This document shows positions 50,826 to 63,920 of a stretch of DNA of 64,000 bases, piece after piece (within the stretch, counting starts at the first letter, position 1; each line of letters begins with the position of its first letter). A program made the translations under genes and the position numbers. The notes under the pieces were generated by a model. That model was given only the letters and a program-made list of their open reading frames with translations, was not told where the DNA came from and ran no database searches. Source of the stretch: Eledone cirrhosa (Eukaryota); the NCBI GenBank assembly GCA_964016885.1, contig OZ024742.1:272428001-272492000 (forward strand), in the 5' to 3' direction.

Positions 50826-51239
50826 TACTTCTCTTAAGTCAGTACAGTTTGTTTGGGTCTTGGTGTTATTCCATTCATTTTTCTGTTTAGCTTTGACTTT
50901 CTAACCTCTATTTCGCTTGCCTCTCTAATTTGCCTACCTGTTTGGTCATTTTTATGTTTAGATATTATTTTAATTTCTATGTTGTCTATGTTACCGTCAT
51001 GTTATTTTCTGGCGCGTTCGTATAGTACTGAACAGATTTTTGTCTTTTAATTCCTCCCTGTGTTGGTCTATTCTTTCTCCTATGCTTCGAGCTGTCTCGC
51101 CTATGTATGTTGTTGTCAGGTTTCTGCAAGTATACTCTGTTCATCTTATGATGCATAGACTTTATTTCTAGTTTTACAGTTTATCTGCCGGTTTACTTTA
51201 CATATTATTAGTACAGTGGGTTTTCTTAAAACGGTATGT

Positions 51240-51780
51240 TTTGCTGACCAGCGATTTTATATGTTGTTCCTGGCTTGTCTACCTCTTCAATATTTAAGTG
51301 GGTCTTTCTCAGGGCCTTTCTATATTGGTTAGCTAATTTCCCTCCGGGGGTAATGTTACGAACATGACACTGTTATCTCTGGTTGTCGTACCATGAGGTG
51401 ACTTTCCCTATCTTATGTATAATTCTATCTAAGCTATTCCATGATTTGCTCCTGTATAATGTGCAAATTCCTTTAATGTCCATTTCTATGAAGGATATAT
51501 ACATCTCCGTGACTTCTTTGTATACTCTGATTCTGTCTCTTTGGTTGTAGCCAGAGAACTGCATGCAGTTGATGAAATGGTCATAGTATAATAAACCTTT
51601 CAAGGATTTACACAAGTCCAGCCTCCTGTTATTTTATTATAATAATTAACTCCGTACTCGCACCACCAACTACACAAACGAAGGCGGGTGAGCTGCATTA
51701 CTTTGAGTACTCTCCATAATATTACATTGAGATTGACCGTATGGAATGACCAATTCTATCCAGTAGTGAACCAACAAATA
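51240..51780 (-). mobile_element. Possible remnant of a divergent Penelope-like RT thumb/C-terminal region
   Basis: Peptides SNAAHP...TELI...RRL and MQFSGYNQRDR...GICTLYRSKSWNSLDR. Heavily decayed. Confidence 0.35.
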
Positions 51781-52058
51781 TTAATATAAATATATATATA
51801 TATATAAAAATGTATATCTATATATATATGTATTAAAAGAACAGCTTAAAGTTTAAGCAAAGAATGGCTTTAATCTTTTATTTCAAAATATATTTGCTTT
51901 AAGGTTTTATATATATTTATATATATATATATTATCCTGATCGAGCCCTCTTCGGATTTTGTCTTCACGTTTATTATCAATACTATAGATATACACAGAG
52001 AAAGATATTGAGTTTAGTGTTGTTTTGAAAATTACCTTCGTTTACATACAAGGGAAGT

Positions 52059-52110
<52 letters not shown>

Positions 52111-52117
<7 letters not shown>

Positions 52118-54390
52118 AACTACGTTCCTTGCGCTCATAGCTACAATCTCCATGCGTTATTTGGCTCAGCTCATCCAATCGCCGCCAGCGGAGGAGAATG
52201 TATCTCTGCACGCTCTGCAAGAGAAATTCCAGCGTCAGCTCAGAAATCTCTCTCTCTCTCTTGCAGCTTGCCGACGCCCAGGTAAACACCACTGATTCTT
52301 TTGCTCCGTAAGCACAAACAGTATGTAACGACAAAACATAAGCACGGCCTCGCCAACACTTCAGCCAGTAGACCGTGCCTTCTGAAAACTTAATTCGTTT
52401 GTTTCATTTGTTTTGGCATGATAGCACTACTCAGCTCAATCTTTGTAAATAAATTACATAAAAATATCGTAAAGTCTTGTGATGCTATTACCACAGCATT
52501 TCCCTTAAATGTGATATAGAAAGATTCCTTCCAGAGGTATTATCACAGCAACAACAGAACCTGAGACTTACAGACTAACCTCAATTCTTCTTGTTGACTA
52601 GACGTGAGTTTTGGTGATCATTCCTTATTGGTAAAGAGGGGATTATTACATCTCTGCTAAAATTTGTGACCTGACGTGACGAATATTTTAAATACAAAAT
52701 ATTCCTTTTAAAATAAAAAAAAATTAGCACTGTTTTTTAAATAGAAAAGAAATTAATCACGAGGAAATTTCTAAATGGCTATCGTCTTCTTCTACCAACA
52801 ACAGCAGCGGTGGCGACAATATGGTTTAACTACTAACCATGTAAAACATTTCTTGCTGATAACAACACCAAACTCACATGGTGACTCTCAGCTCCTCGGC
52901 GTTCGACTTCGATTCTACTGAAGATTTACTGTGACTTCGCTTCAATAGCAACAACAACAACAACAACAACAACAATTCTACTAGCTTCTCAAAGAAATTT
53001 CAAAGAAAAGAAAAGGCGAACTTTTTGTTAAAAAACAATTATTTCTTTCTTTTTCTACAGTCAATGTTTGGACAATCATTTTGTTTGGAAACTGTATTAT
53101 ATGAACGTTCATTTTTTTCTATCATTGTATATATGACGGCACGCACACATTTTCTTTGCTGTATTACATGCCTGCATATGCACACATATTTCTTTGACAC
53201 CCACCAACATGTTGTTGCCTTAGTATATGATCTTCAAGCGTCGTAATATTCTGCGAGATACCTTTCACCTGTGGATTCGCCATTTCTCATATGCATTCGC
53301 CAGAATTATGGAATTACCGCTTCAGCTACTACCCACCTACATATTCCACTTGTTGTTTTTTTTCAAAGCAACCAGGTATTTTTTCCTGGCTGCCTAACAC
53401 TTTCGGCAATTCATCACCGTGATCCCACATTTTTTAGCCTACCCATCATCTTCTTGCAAGCTCTGCTACAACATTTACCATAACAGCTCCAGCTATACAG
53501 CTCTGGTATAACATTTACGATAACAGCTCTGGTATACAACTTACCATACAACTCTGGTAAAGCATGAACAGCACCATCATTGACAACAGCTACTGGTAAA
53601 CTACCATAACAGCTTCATCCACAGCTCTGGTACAGCACTTACCATAACAGATAACATTTAATGCAAGAACAGCAGCTTCGCCCATGTCAGACTTTATCCG
53701 TTTTCTGGTAGACCCCTGGTAGTCTTTTGACACAGCTAGTCTTTTGACACAGCGGCTCAACACTGCCGTTAGAGCCTCAATGTTTCTTCTTGCAAGCATT
53801 CTTTTGTTGAATGTGTTCACTGATGTGCTCTTTCAGCATTTTTCATGCTGATTCAATTTTATATATCGGCTTACGACAAGGAAGGGGGTGTTGTAGTGAC
53901 CTACGTTCCTTGCGCTCATAGCTACATTCTCCGTGCGTTATTTGGCTCAGTTCAGTCAATCGCCACCAGCGGAGGTGAATGTATCTCTGCTCGCCCTGCA
54001 GGAAAAATTCCCGCGTCAGCTCAGAAATATCTCTCTCTTGCAGCTTGCCGATGCCAAGGTAAACACCACTTATTCTTTGCTCCGTAAGCTCAAACAATAT
54101 GTAACGACAAAACATAACCACGGCCTGGCCAACACTTTAGCCAGTAGACCGTGCCTTCTGAAATTTTAATTCGTTTGTTTCATTTGTTTTGGCATGCCAG
54201 CTCTACTGAGCTCAATCTTGTGATGATATTACCATAGCAATGCATTTAAATGAGATATGCAAAGATTCATTCCAGAGGTATTATCACGGCAACAACAGAA
54301 CCTGAGACTTACAACCTTACCTCAATTATTCTTGGTGACTAGACGTGAGTTTATCTGATATTACTATCATTATATTTATTCCTGCTAAAA
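52111..54390 (+). mobile_element. Non-coding LTR-type element: LTR 52111-~52661, PBS, ~1.2 kb internal region, PPT, LTR 53892-~54390
   Basis: Two diverged direct repeats both start TGTAGTG. A tRNA-Trp-like PBS TtGTGACC-TGACGTGA is at 52664-52679. A purine tract AAGGAAGGGGG at 53878-53888 precedes the second repeat. No gag/pol is recognisable. Confidence 0.6.
53455..53660 (+). repeat. Degenerate ~27-bp minisatellite (acagctctggtataacatttaccata-like)
   Basis: Recurring acagctctggta and ttaccataacag units. Confidence 0.75.
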
Positions 54391-54431
54391 TGGTGACGCG
54401 TGGTGCCATTAACAATATAATATCCTAACTG

Positions 54432-54479
<48 letters not shown>

Positions 54480-54481
<2 letters not shown>

Positions 54482-55052
54482 TGTGGTGGCTGCCCACTCG
54501 TTTTCGTCGAGTACGGCCACTACTTTATATGCATACCGATGTGCTGAACGAGTGTGACTTTTTAGTGCAGACAACGACTTGAAAACTCTGGTACAAACAC
54601 TACACTTGTGACAATTATAGACACATAGTACTGGGCCCATAGTACCATGGGACGACAAGTGCAGAGAGATCTCCAGATATAAAGCAATGCCTGTGCCGTG
54701 AAGCTTTTATAGTGAGCAAAGGCACTCCACAAAGCCAGTCCCACTCTCTTAACCAAGATGATATTTACCAAAAAGAAGAACAAGTCAACATCATTGGATA
54801 CCATTAGGGTTGCAGTATTCCTTCTCCTAGAATTCTACCTTGACAAAGGCCAAGCGGTCATCTCTCCCGGTGATTTTGGATGGCCATTGACTCTTAAGAA
54901 CTCCTTTGCCATTTGACTTGTATTTTTTTTAGTCATACAGGATGTCCAAAGTCACCCTCCTCACCAAGAAACCTTGGTGGGTGGTCAGTTTAGTCGTCAG
55001 CGACCCGACCATGAGTCAGGTTGTACTAGGAATATATGTTACCAGTAGCACC
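54480..55052 (-). mobile_element. Short RTE-derived element (5'-UTR-like part joined to 3' end)
   Basis: C-terminal C2H2-like CSVCTRVFKSLSALKSHTRSAH and a terminal hairpin CTCG-ACGAAAA-CGAG. The 5' part has CTAGGAGAAGGAATACT, which resembles RTE 5' UTRs. Embedded in (TA)n. Confidence 0.5.
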
Positions 55053-55285
55053 ATATATATATATATAGTATTAAGGATACTATTTATTGTTATGTATATA
55101 ATAAAACTGTTTATAGTTATATATATTATAAACCCTAAACAGTGAAATCAGTAATTTATTACTACCTTATTACCAGTAAGATAAATAGCTCAATGTGATA
55201 ACATCAGTTGATCTACAGAGCAGTTATATAGAATTCACATGAATCAAATTTGTATGGTTTGAACAGAACTTTGATTCATGTGAAT

Positions 55286-55401
<116 letters not shown>

Positions 55402-55403
55402 TG

Positions 55404-55535
<132 letters not shown>

Positions 55536-55580
55536 GAGAGTAAAACAAAGAAGCCTTCAATACATCAAAAGTCTTTATTA

Positions 55581-55618
55581 GCCGACAATGTTTCGTCCTA
55601 TTAAGGACTCATCAGGGC
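55581..55618 (-). ncRNA. Minimal type I hammerhead ribozyme (sense to the PLE ORF, followed by AATAAA)
   Basis: GCC-CTGATGA-GTCCT(TAAT)AGGAC-GAAA-C(ATT)G-TC-GGC. All conserved core positions are present and the cleavage triplet is GUC. Confidence 0.9.
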
Positions 55619-56173
55619 AATTAAAACAACAAGAGGTAATATCGGCAGATACAAGCCGGAAGCTCCGAAGAATATGGAGTGTACATACATTAAAGTATTG
55701 CAAAAATGTATAATAAAACTAATAAAAATATATAATAACAATTACTAAGGATGTATATAACATTAAGAACCATATTAAAAATATAGTCCAAAGCAAAAAA
55801 AACCTAGAGCTAAACAAAGGTGGTTATATATAGCAGGAATTATATATAATACAATGTAATATAATATAATATAATATAATATACCTTTACCAACATTAAA
55901 ATTACAATAAAAATCAAAAGGTACAATATGCATATGTATATATGTGCACACACGTACACACACACACACATACAACAATACACACATCCATCCTCAACTG
56001 CATACATTAAACCTTATTAAGAGTTTGAATATAAAAATAAGCATGATAGGAATGAAAATAATAATAATAATATTACTAATACGTCCACCCAATATACATG
56101 AGGTAATAATATGATATAATTATAAGTAGCACATATAATAAATAATAAATAATACAGTTATATACTTTATAAT

Positions 56174-56358
56174 TGTTTCTACTTTAGGCGCAAGGCCAGC
56201 AATTACCCAGTTCATTACTGGTACTTTATTTTATCGACCCCGTAAGGATGAAAGGCAAAGTCAACCTCGGCGGGATTTGAACTCAGATCGTAAAGGGACG
56301 TAACTATGCTGGAAAGCATGGCGTCCGACCCTCTACCGATACTGCCAATCCACCGCCC
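56174..56358 (-). mobile_element. Full-length tRNA-type SINE with 16-bp TSD
   Basis: Starts GGGCGGTGGATTGGCAGTATCGG and has B-box GAGTTCAAATCC. TSD TTATATACTTTATAAT at 56158-56173 and 56359-56374. The empty site is present in the sister arm at ~59685-59705. Confidence 0.93.
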
Positions 56359-59300
56359 TTATATACTTTATAATGCAATATAATAGGATAGATAATCTCC
56401 GGTTAATTTACACAAACAATATAGATGTCACAATAATAATATAATAATAATATAATAATAATATATTAACATTTACAATATACAATATACTAACATTTAT
56501 AATAAACAATATAAAGGTACTCAAGTTAACAAATCAATTCATACTGGGTTACAGAGTAGGTGAGGAAAAATAAAGTGTACAATACCTCAAAAAAATGTTG
56601 ATGGTACAAAAGTTCAAACATCTTACATGATATATAAAGTTTAACATATCATAATGTTACATATAATTAACGGTAAGAAATAATGATCAATATTACAATA
56701 AAAAATACAATATAATATAATACATTATATAAAATAAATTAATATAATATAATATATAATTACTTATAATTACAAGGTTGGTAGACAGACATGTATATGG
56801 ATGAGTGAGTAAGTGCCAGCAGTAAATATAATGCACAGTAGTATTACAAATAAAGTATAAAATATAAAATATAGAATAAAGTAAATAAATAGAATCAACC
56901 GGAAATTAAAAAACAAAAACAAACGTATACATTTAGGTCTCACATGCAGTTAAGTAGTTAAGTAAAAACTAAGGAAACAACCCTGTAAATGACTCAAAAA
57001 CCCTATTTGACAAATTAATATTAAAAATATTTAAACTATTCAATAAGGCAGTATAATATTAGCTATAGTTTAAGTCATTAAAGTTTATAAACGTTAATAT
57101 TTCGTTACAATTGTTTACAAAAAGGAATGAACATTTTTTTTTTATCATATACATAACGATATCTAAAGAACTGACTTAAGCAGAATTAAGGTAGGCTAAT
57201 AGGGACAGAAATGGAGAAATATATGGAGGATGCAAAGGGGCATAAAATATAGTCGATATACTATATTACATAATAGAAAGGAGCGTAAAGGAGGGGGGGT
57301 GTTAAATATAATATAATCATAGTCAATTTGGAGGGGTTGACACTAAGTTTATGTGCGCATGGGAGGGAAGGGGTGGGGGTTCCAAAGAAGAATCCGAATA
57401 AAAATAAAAATAAAAATAAGAATAAAATAAAATAAATAGCGTAAAATATATAATCTTATATACATTCATAAGGTGTAATAGTGAAAATTTAATGCATAAG
57501 AAGATAGATATGGTACAGTAGCCAAAAGATTATGAGAGCTAGAATAAAGAGTCATCAAAAACCAATGATAATAATGATGATAATAATAATGTTGGCAAAC
57601 AAAACAACCAAAAACTAAAAAATAAATAATGAAATAGATCAGCTAATGGGTACAATTTGTACTACTAGAACGTTTAGGTTTATAATAAAAGTATGAATCA
57701 GAAATAGCGTGGGGGCAAGAAGAGAATATCTCAGACTTTCTATTAAGTAAAGATGCGCTAGAGAAGATTATAGAGTGTGTCTCGAGGATACAGAGATTAC
57801 AAAACTTAGTATGTGTAGAAAGGTGGTTAGAGCGTGCTACTAAACGCCAGTTAAGGCTATATGGTATATTAGCTCCCTTAAGATCCCAGATATAATGTGC
57901 TAAAGAAGTAGAATTCTTAAACTTAACATGCTTGAAATTAGAGATATGAGAGTTAAACCTAGTCTTAAAAGTGTTAGATCTAGAGCCTATATAAGTTCTA
58001 TAAGAGGAATTAGTTATAACTTCGCAAGCATAGACAATGTTCTTAGAAAGGCAGTTACCGTTTAAAGGGCAGTTGGCACTCACTCTACAATTGCACTTCC
58101 GGGTGTTATTGGTGGACTCAAGTGGTGATGCATTACACGTAGGATTGCTATTAGATAAGGACTGTTCTGGTGGTAATGCATTGCCAGATCTGTTCAGACT
58201 AGTAGTATGTAGAGAGGAGAATCCATCCCTAATTTTCCTATTGCTAGTGCTAGCTAAATGAGAACTAATATTAGGGGTGGTAGAGAATGAAAGTTTAATA
58301 ACATTTTTATTGAAAATACTATGGTATTTATGAGAAGGGGGAAATTTTTCTCTAAGATAGAGAAGAAAGACCTAGGGATATTAGTTGATACTTCCTGATT
58401 ATATGGCGGGTTAAAATAAGTATTTAATCGCCTTCTATTTTTATTCTTACCAACTCTACCATTATCAAATATCCCAGCATCGAGACGAGGGTTACTACAA
58501 GGATTAGTTAAAGCCGCATTCATAGAATCAGCCAAAATTTAATTAAGTCTATTACAGTTTCTACCTCCAGTGGATCTGCTGCTGTCCGGAATCCCATCAT
58601 AAGGATTAGGGCCAATGATAGGATCAGTAGGAGCAACATTATTAGAATAAGATCCAGCAACATTATCACCAATGTGTGAGCGCTCAGGTGGTACAACTTG
58701 TTTCCTAGAGGTATTATATTCCCTATTGCGGGTCCGGTGGGTTAACTTATGGATGGGTTCAGATACACCTATATAACTTTTACGGTTACTATGTTTGCTA
58801 CTCCCATTCATGTTCATGTTATGTGATATTATGTTATTATTATTAAAAGTGGACGGAGACTTTCTAAGGTTACTATTATTATATTGTATTTTACTAGAGT
58901 AACCTGAATTTGCTAGGGCATTATTATAGTACTCCGCATGTTCATTAAATGTTACTACGTCCTTAGAGAGTGTGGAAATCCTATTAGATACACCCTTAAT
59001 TACAGAGCTTATCATAGACTTGGGGTGGTTAGAATTGGGACTAACATAAGAAAGTATTTCATTAGGCTTATGGAAGGGTTTAAAACTATTAGTGACCAAG
59101 TCCAAAGTCACATCTAAAAGGTTAACCGCTCTATCATTTCTATCTATCGTGATCGAAAGGTTATAGCTTTTAAAAAACTTATAAAGCTTCTTCTTATTAT
59201 GTTCTACATTGTTGGTGCTAGAGTTAATTACAAACTGTGCATTATATTTACTGTCTGGCACTTACTCACTCATCCATATACATGTCTGTCTACCAACCTT

Positions 59301-60251
59301 GTAATTATAAGTAATTATATATTATATTATATTAATTTATTTTATATAATATATTATATTATATTGTATTTTTTGTTGTAATATTGATCCTTATTACTTA
59401 CCGTTAATTATATGTAACATTATGATATGTTAAACTTTATATATCATGTAAGATGTTTGAACTTTTGTACCATCAACATTTTTTTGAGGTATTGTACAAT
59501 TTATTTTTCCTCACCTACTCTGTAACCCAGTATGAATTGATTTGTTAACTTGAGTACCTTTATATTGTTTATTATAAATGTTAGTATATTGTATATTGTA
59601 AATGTTAATATATTATTATTATATTATTATTGTGACATCTATAATGTTTGTGTAAATTAACCGGAGATTATATATCCTATTATATTGTATTATATAGTAT
59701 ATAACTGTATTATTTATTATTTATTATTTATTATATGTGCTATTTATAATTATATCATATTATTACCTCATGTATATTGGGTGGACGTATTAGTAATATT
59801 ATTATTATTATTTTCATTCCTATGATGCTTATTTTTATATTCAAACTCTTAATAAGGTTTAATGTATGCAGTTGAGGATGGATGTGTGTATTGTTGTATG
59901 TGTGTGTGTGTGTACGTGTGTGCACATATATACATATGCATATTGTACCTTTTGATTTTTATTGTAATTTTAATGTTGGTAAAGGTATATTATATTATAT
60001 TATATTATATTACATTGTATTATATATAATTCCTGCTATATATAACCACCTTTGTTTAGCTCTAGGTTTTTTTTTGCTTTGGACTATATTTGTAATATGG
60101 TTCTTAATGTTATATACATCCTTAGTAATTTGTATTATATATTTTTATTATTTTTATTATACATTTTTGCAATACTTTAGTGTATGTACACTCCATATTC
60201 TTCGGAGCTTCCGGCTTGTATCTGCCGATATTACTTCTTGTTGTTTTAATT

Positions 60252-60289
60252 GCCCTGATGAGTCCTTAATAGGACGAAACATTGTCGGC
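60252..60289 (+). ncRNA. Minimal type I hammerhead ribozyme (inverted copy)
   Basis: CTGATGA 60255-60261, stem II 60262-60275, GAAA 60276-60279, GTC 60284-60286, stem I GCC/GGC. Confidence 0.9.
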
Positions 60290-60437
60290 TAATAAAGACT
60301 TTTGATGTATTGAAGGCTTCTTTGTTTTACTCTCTTAATCTTTTCGGCTCTGTTTAACTACATTGAGCTATACCTTTTACTGTCATTTCTATAATACGAA
60401 GAGGGTGTTTAACTCCAACCCACTCCAGTATTTTCAC

Positions 60438-60540
<103 letters not shown>

Positions 60541-60661
60541 TACATATATACATATATATATACATTTATATATATATATATATAACGAAAGAAATGTGGT
60601 AAGGAACCAGGTGGACCATAACGCACCAAAGTACTCAATACTTAGGGTAGTAGAGTGGGTA

Positions 60662-60772
60662 ATAGGAACAAGTAAGACCCCGACGGCTGAGTTCAAGCCG
60701 TTTCGACGGCTAATTCTGTACAGAATTAGCCGTCGAAACGGCTTGAGCTCAGCCGTCGGGGTGTTACTTGTT

Positions 60773-60777
<5 letters not shown>
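60662..60777. repeat. 116-bp spacerless palindrome (MITE-like, TA-flanked)
   Basis: Symmetric about 60719/60720 with two mismatches. TA dinucleotides at 60663-60664 and 60775-60776. Confidence 0.9.
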
Positions 60778-60850
<73 letters not shown>

Positions 60851-60876
60851 CTTGCATATGAATATCTATATACACA

Positions 60877-60955
<79 letters not shown>

Positions 60956-60958
<3 letters not shown>

Positions 60959-61310
60959 CGGATAAGATTCCCGAGATTCATGGACGACTTCTCTCCAGCG
61001 GTCTCTGGCCCTCATTATTTCTGCCATGTCCTGCCTCACCAACATACCGATGTCTGTCCTTAAGGCATCAACATTTTGTTGATCTCGGTCTTCCTCTTCC
61101 AGTGTGTACATTCAGGGGCTCTCACAGGAGGACTGAGTGCAGTGTGATCTCTGGATGTCGGTGAGCATGTCCTGCTAACCCCAGTCTTCTATGTGTCAAT
61201 TTAGAGGTGACATTTGGGAGGGTCCCGTACAGCTCTGAGTTCTTCATCCTCCGTGTATACTAATTAATGTTCAGAACCATCCTCAGGTTTCTCATGCAGC
61301 ACCCAGCTAC
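60956..61310 (-). mobile_element. RTE-like LINE 3' fragment
   Basis: C-terminal peptide DALRTDIG...[15 protein letters not shown] matches the typical RTE M.DR..WR..V ending. Abuts (TA)n. Confidence 0.6.
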
Positions 61311-61406
61311 CATTTGTATATCTGTCAAATAGTCACATGTTATGTCTCCCTTCACACTCTCTCTTTCTTTCTCGCTCTGTCTATATGTATATATATATAT
61401 ATATAT

Positions 61407-61483
<77 letters not shown>

Positions 61484-61486
<3 letters not shown>

Positions 61487-61976
61487 AATAGAATGAAACG
61501 AAATTTCATTTCTCACTCTTAGTACGGCAGTTACTTAAATGTAAGTATGTATGTATGTATACGCACATACATATGTGTATACAGACGTACAGTAGTATGT
61601 ATATATATGCATACATGCACACATACATATATGCACGTATCGGTTTACCGAACATTTATTATAATGCTCGGTTTGTTTATTTGTAAATAAACAACCAGCC
61701 CGAATTACGCCTTACAGTGTTTAGACAACCGCGTCACCTTTTTCTTCAACACTGACACAGGAACGATGTACTAGTTTCAAGCTTATTAGCTATCGTCAGC
61801 ATCGTATACCTTCCTGCCAGATGGTTGAACGTCTGAAAGTATATACTTTCCTTATGCATATTACCGGCTGAGCAGCCTAATTTGCATATCGAGTGTGTTC
61901 AGTTGGCCGGGCGCACAGAAAACGATAAATGGAATAGAATGAAACAAAATTTCATTTCCATTCCATTTCTATTCCA
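61484..61976. mobile_element. Possible MITE with TGGAATAGAA / TTCTATTCCA termini
   Basis: Inverted termini at 61484-61493 and 61967-61976, plus a direct repeat of the left end at 61930-61957. Confidence 0.45.
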
Positions 61977-63400
61977 TTTCATTTGGTAGTTCCTTTTTAT
62001 TACATTCCATGATGAATTTTATTTCTTCGAGAGGATTGTTTATGATGGAATGGAATCTTTGAAGGTCTTCTTGGCTTCTATTCCAGAAGATGAAGCAGTT
62101 GTCTAGGTAGCGTTTCCAGTCGTGATTAATGTAGGTGACGATGTCATGACTGAATGTTTCCTGCAGTTTGGAATGTAATTTTGCCTCCAGGTGGCCCATA
62201 ACGAGTGTTGCATATGCTGGATTCACTTTGGTACCCATGGCCGTTCCTTTTATTTGTAAATATAGTTCGTTATCAAAAAAGAAGTGGTTGTTCTCCAGTA
62301 CTAGTTTGAGTCCTTCCAAAATAAACTGTTGGGGGAATCTCTCTGAAATGTTGTCTGGATGTTTTGTAATCCAGAAGTCAACAGTTTCATCTCCTAAGTC
62401 GTGTGGGATGTTAGTGTATAAGCTTGTTACGTTAAAGCTGACTAAGATTGTTTCTTGGTGTACTTTCTGGTGATATAGTACAGGAATTCCATATCATATC
62501 TGATGAAGCTTGGCACTTTTTCACATAAGGGTTTCAGCATGATGTCTAATAGGTGTCTAGACGTTGTGTGCTTGAGGCTGGACCGGCAACAATTGGGCGT
62601 AATTTTAAATTTGTCGGTTTTGGTACTTCAACATATGATGTATTTCTGCCTTTTATGTTGTTTTGGATATCACTGGATTTGTGAAACTTCGGTAAACCAT
62701 AGAATTTGCTGGTTTTCATTTAGAAGTTGGTTAAGTAACTGATTTCCTTTAGTGTCAGGTTGTCTTTGGTACTTGGTCGTCAATTTGTTTGCCTACTTTA
62801 ATCATCGATTCGCTTTCTTCGTTTTTGCTGATTTTTCTGTCAAATTTCTCATTATTCAGCTGTTCTAAGACCATATCTTTGTAGTGGTTTTTTGTCCATG
62901 ATGATGATTGCTCCACCTTTGTCCGTTTCTTTTATGATTATTGAGGTGTCTTTTTGTAGTTTGTTTAGTGCTTGTAGTTGGTCTGTAGGGATGTTGTGTT
63001 TGCGTTTTGTCTCTGCATTATTTGACTGTGCTGATTTTTTGAAAGCTTCTCTTTCCACATTCAGTTCATTCCATTCTTTGAACGCATTTTGAACGGTGGA
63101 ATTCTGGTCGTGTGTAACTATTTCAGAGGGGGGAATTTGTTCTTCTTTCTGGCGGTCAGCAATTAGGGAATCGAGTTTCTCCCTATAGCTGCGTGTTTGT
63201 TGTTCCATTTCATACACGGCATTAGTAAGCGAGTCGTACTTACTGATCATTATGAAGAGTTTTTTCTGAGATCTGTAATATTGTCTCCGATTTGAGGTAT
63301 TCAGTAACAGATTTTGAACGTGTGTTAGCTATTCTGTCGTGTAAAAATTGGTAGAATATTAGAAAATGTGTGAGATCCTTGGTACAGTTTAAAAAACGGA
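61977..63400 (-). mobile_element. Penelope-like RT fragment of a different clade (Neptune/Poseidon-like), 3'-truncated
   Basis: IIIKETDKGGAIIIMD, SFNVTSLYTNIPH, VLENNHFFFD..YLQIKGTAMGT..PAYATL.MGHLE and WKRYLDNCF. Confidence 0.85.
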
Positions 63401-63471
63401 AAAGAATGACTTCACTTGTAGTGTTAAAACATTTATGATTTAAGGTTATAATATAATATTATAATATTATA

Positions 63472-63599
63472 CGGTCCTGACCATTCTGAGTTCAAATCCC
63501 GGCAAGGTTTACTTTGCCTTTCATCCTTCCGGGGTCGATAGAATAAAGTACCAGTAATGCAATGGGTAATTTCTGGCCTTGTGCCAAAAGTAGAAACAA
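63472..63599 (+). mobile_element. 5'-truncated copy of the same SINE with 13-bp TSD
   Basis: B-box gagttcaaatcc, central gcctttcatccttccggggtcgata and tail ggccttgtgccaaaagtagaaacaat. TSD TTATAATATTATA at 63459-63471 and 63600-63612. Confidence 0.88.
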
Positions 63600-63699
63600 T
63601 TATAATATTATATTCTTTAAAAGAATCTCATATTGAAAACGAAAAATATTTGTACTTTCAAACATTCGATCGCTGATGAGAAGAAAACCCTCAGATTTA

Positions 63700-63857
63700 C
63701 TTTTTCAGTTTCAGAAGATCCCGTTAAGGGGGAAAGCAGCGATTCTTTACTTAAACTTTAATCTTATATTTTAATAAATATTGGCTCTACGGTTCCTATA
63801 TATTTGATATATATTTATCCTTATCGAGCCTTTCTGGGATTTTAGTCTTCAAATTTA

Positions 63858-63870
<13 letters not shown>
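63700..63870 (+). mobile_element. Penelope pseudo-LTR fragment (family of 40840-41050)
   Basis: Reverse complement of ~40840-41000. Further pieces lie at 31360-31400, 31495-31592 and 51846-51990. Confidence 0.75.

Positions 63871-63920
<50 letters not shown>

Noticed and set aside
54985-55050. HDV-like ribozyme at the 5' end of the RTE derivative
   Set aside because: Hairpins and a CTAA are present, but I could not assign P1, P1.1 and P3 consistently.
56290-56358. tRNA gene
   Set aside because: The A/B-box-like motifs belong to a SINE head. There is no complete cloverleaf and a TSD is present.
57643-58100. Selenocysteine-type Naiad (in-frame UGA at Cys positions)
   Set aside because: The conserved Cys positions I could read in the three GIY-YIG regions (39030-39140, 48121-48790, 57643-58100) are ordinary Cys codons. 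No SECIS was identified.
63670-63700. CTGATGAG motif
   Set aside because: No properly placed GAAA and stem III follow.
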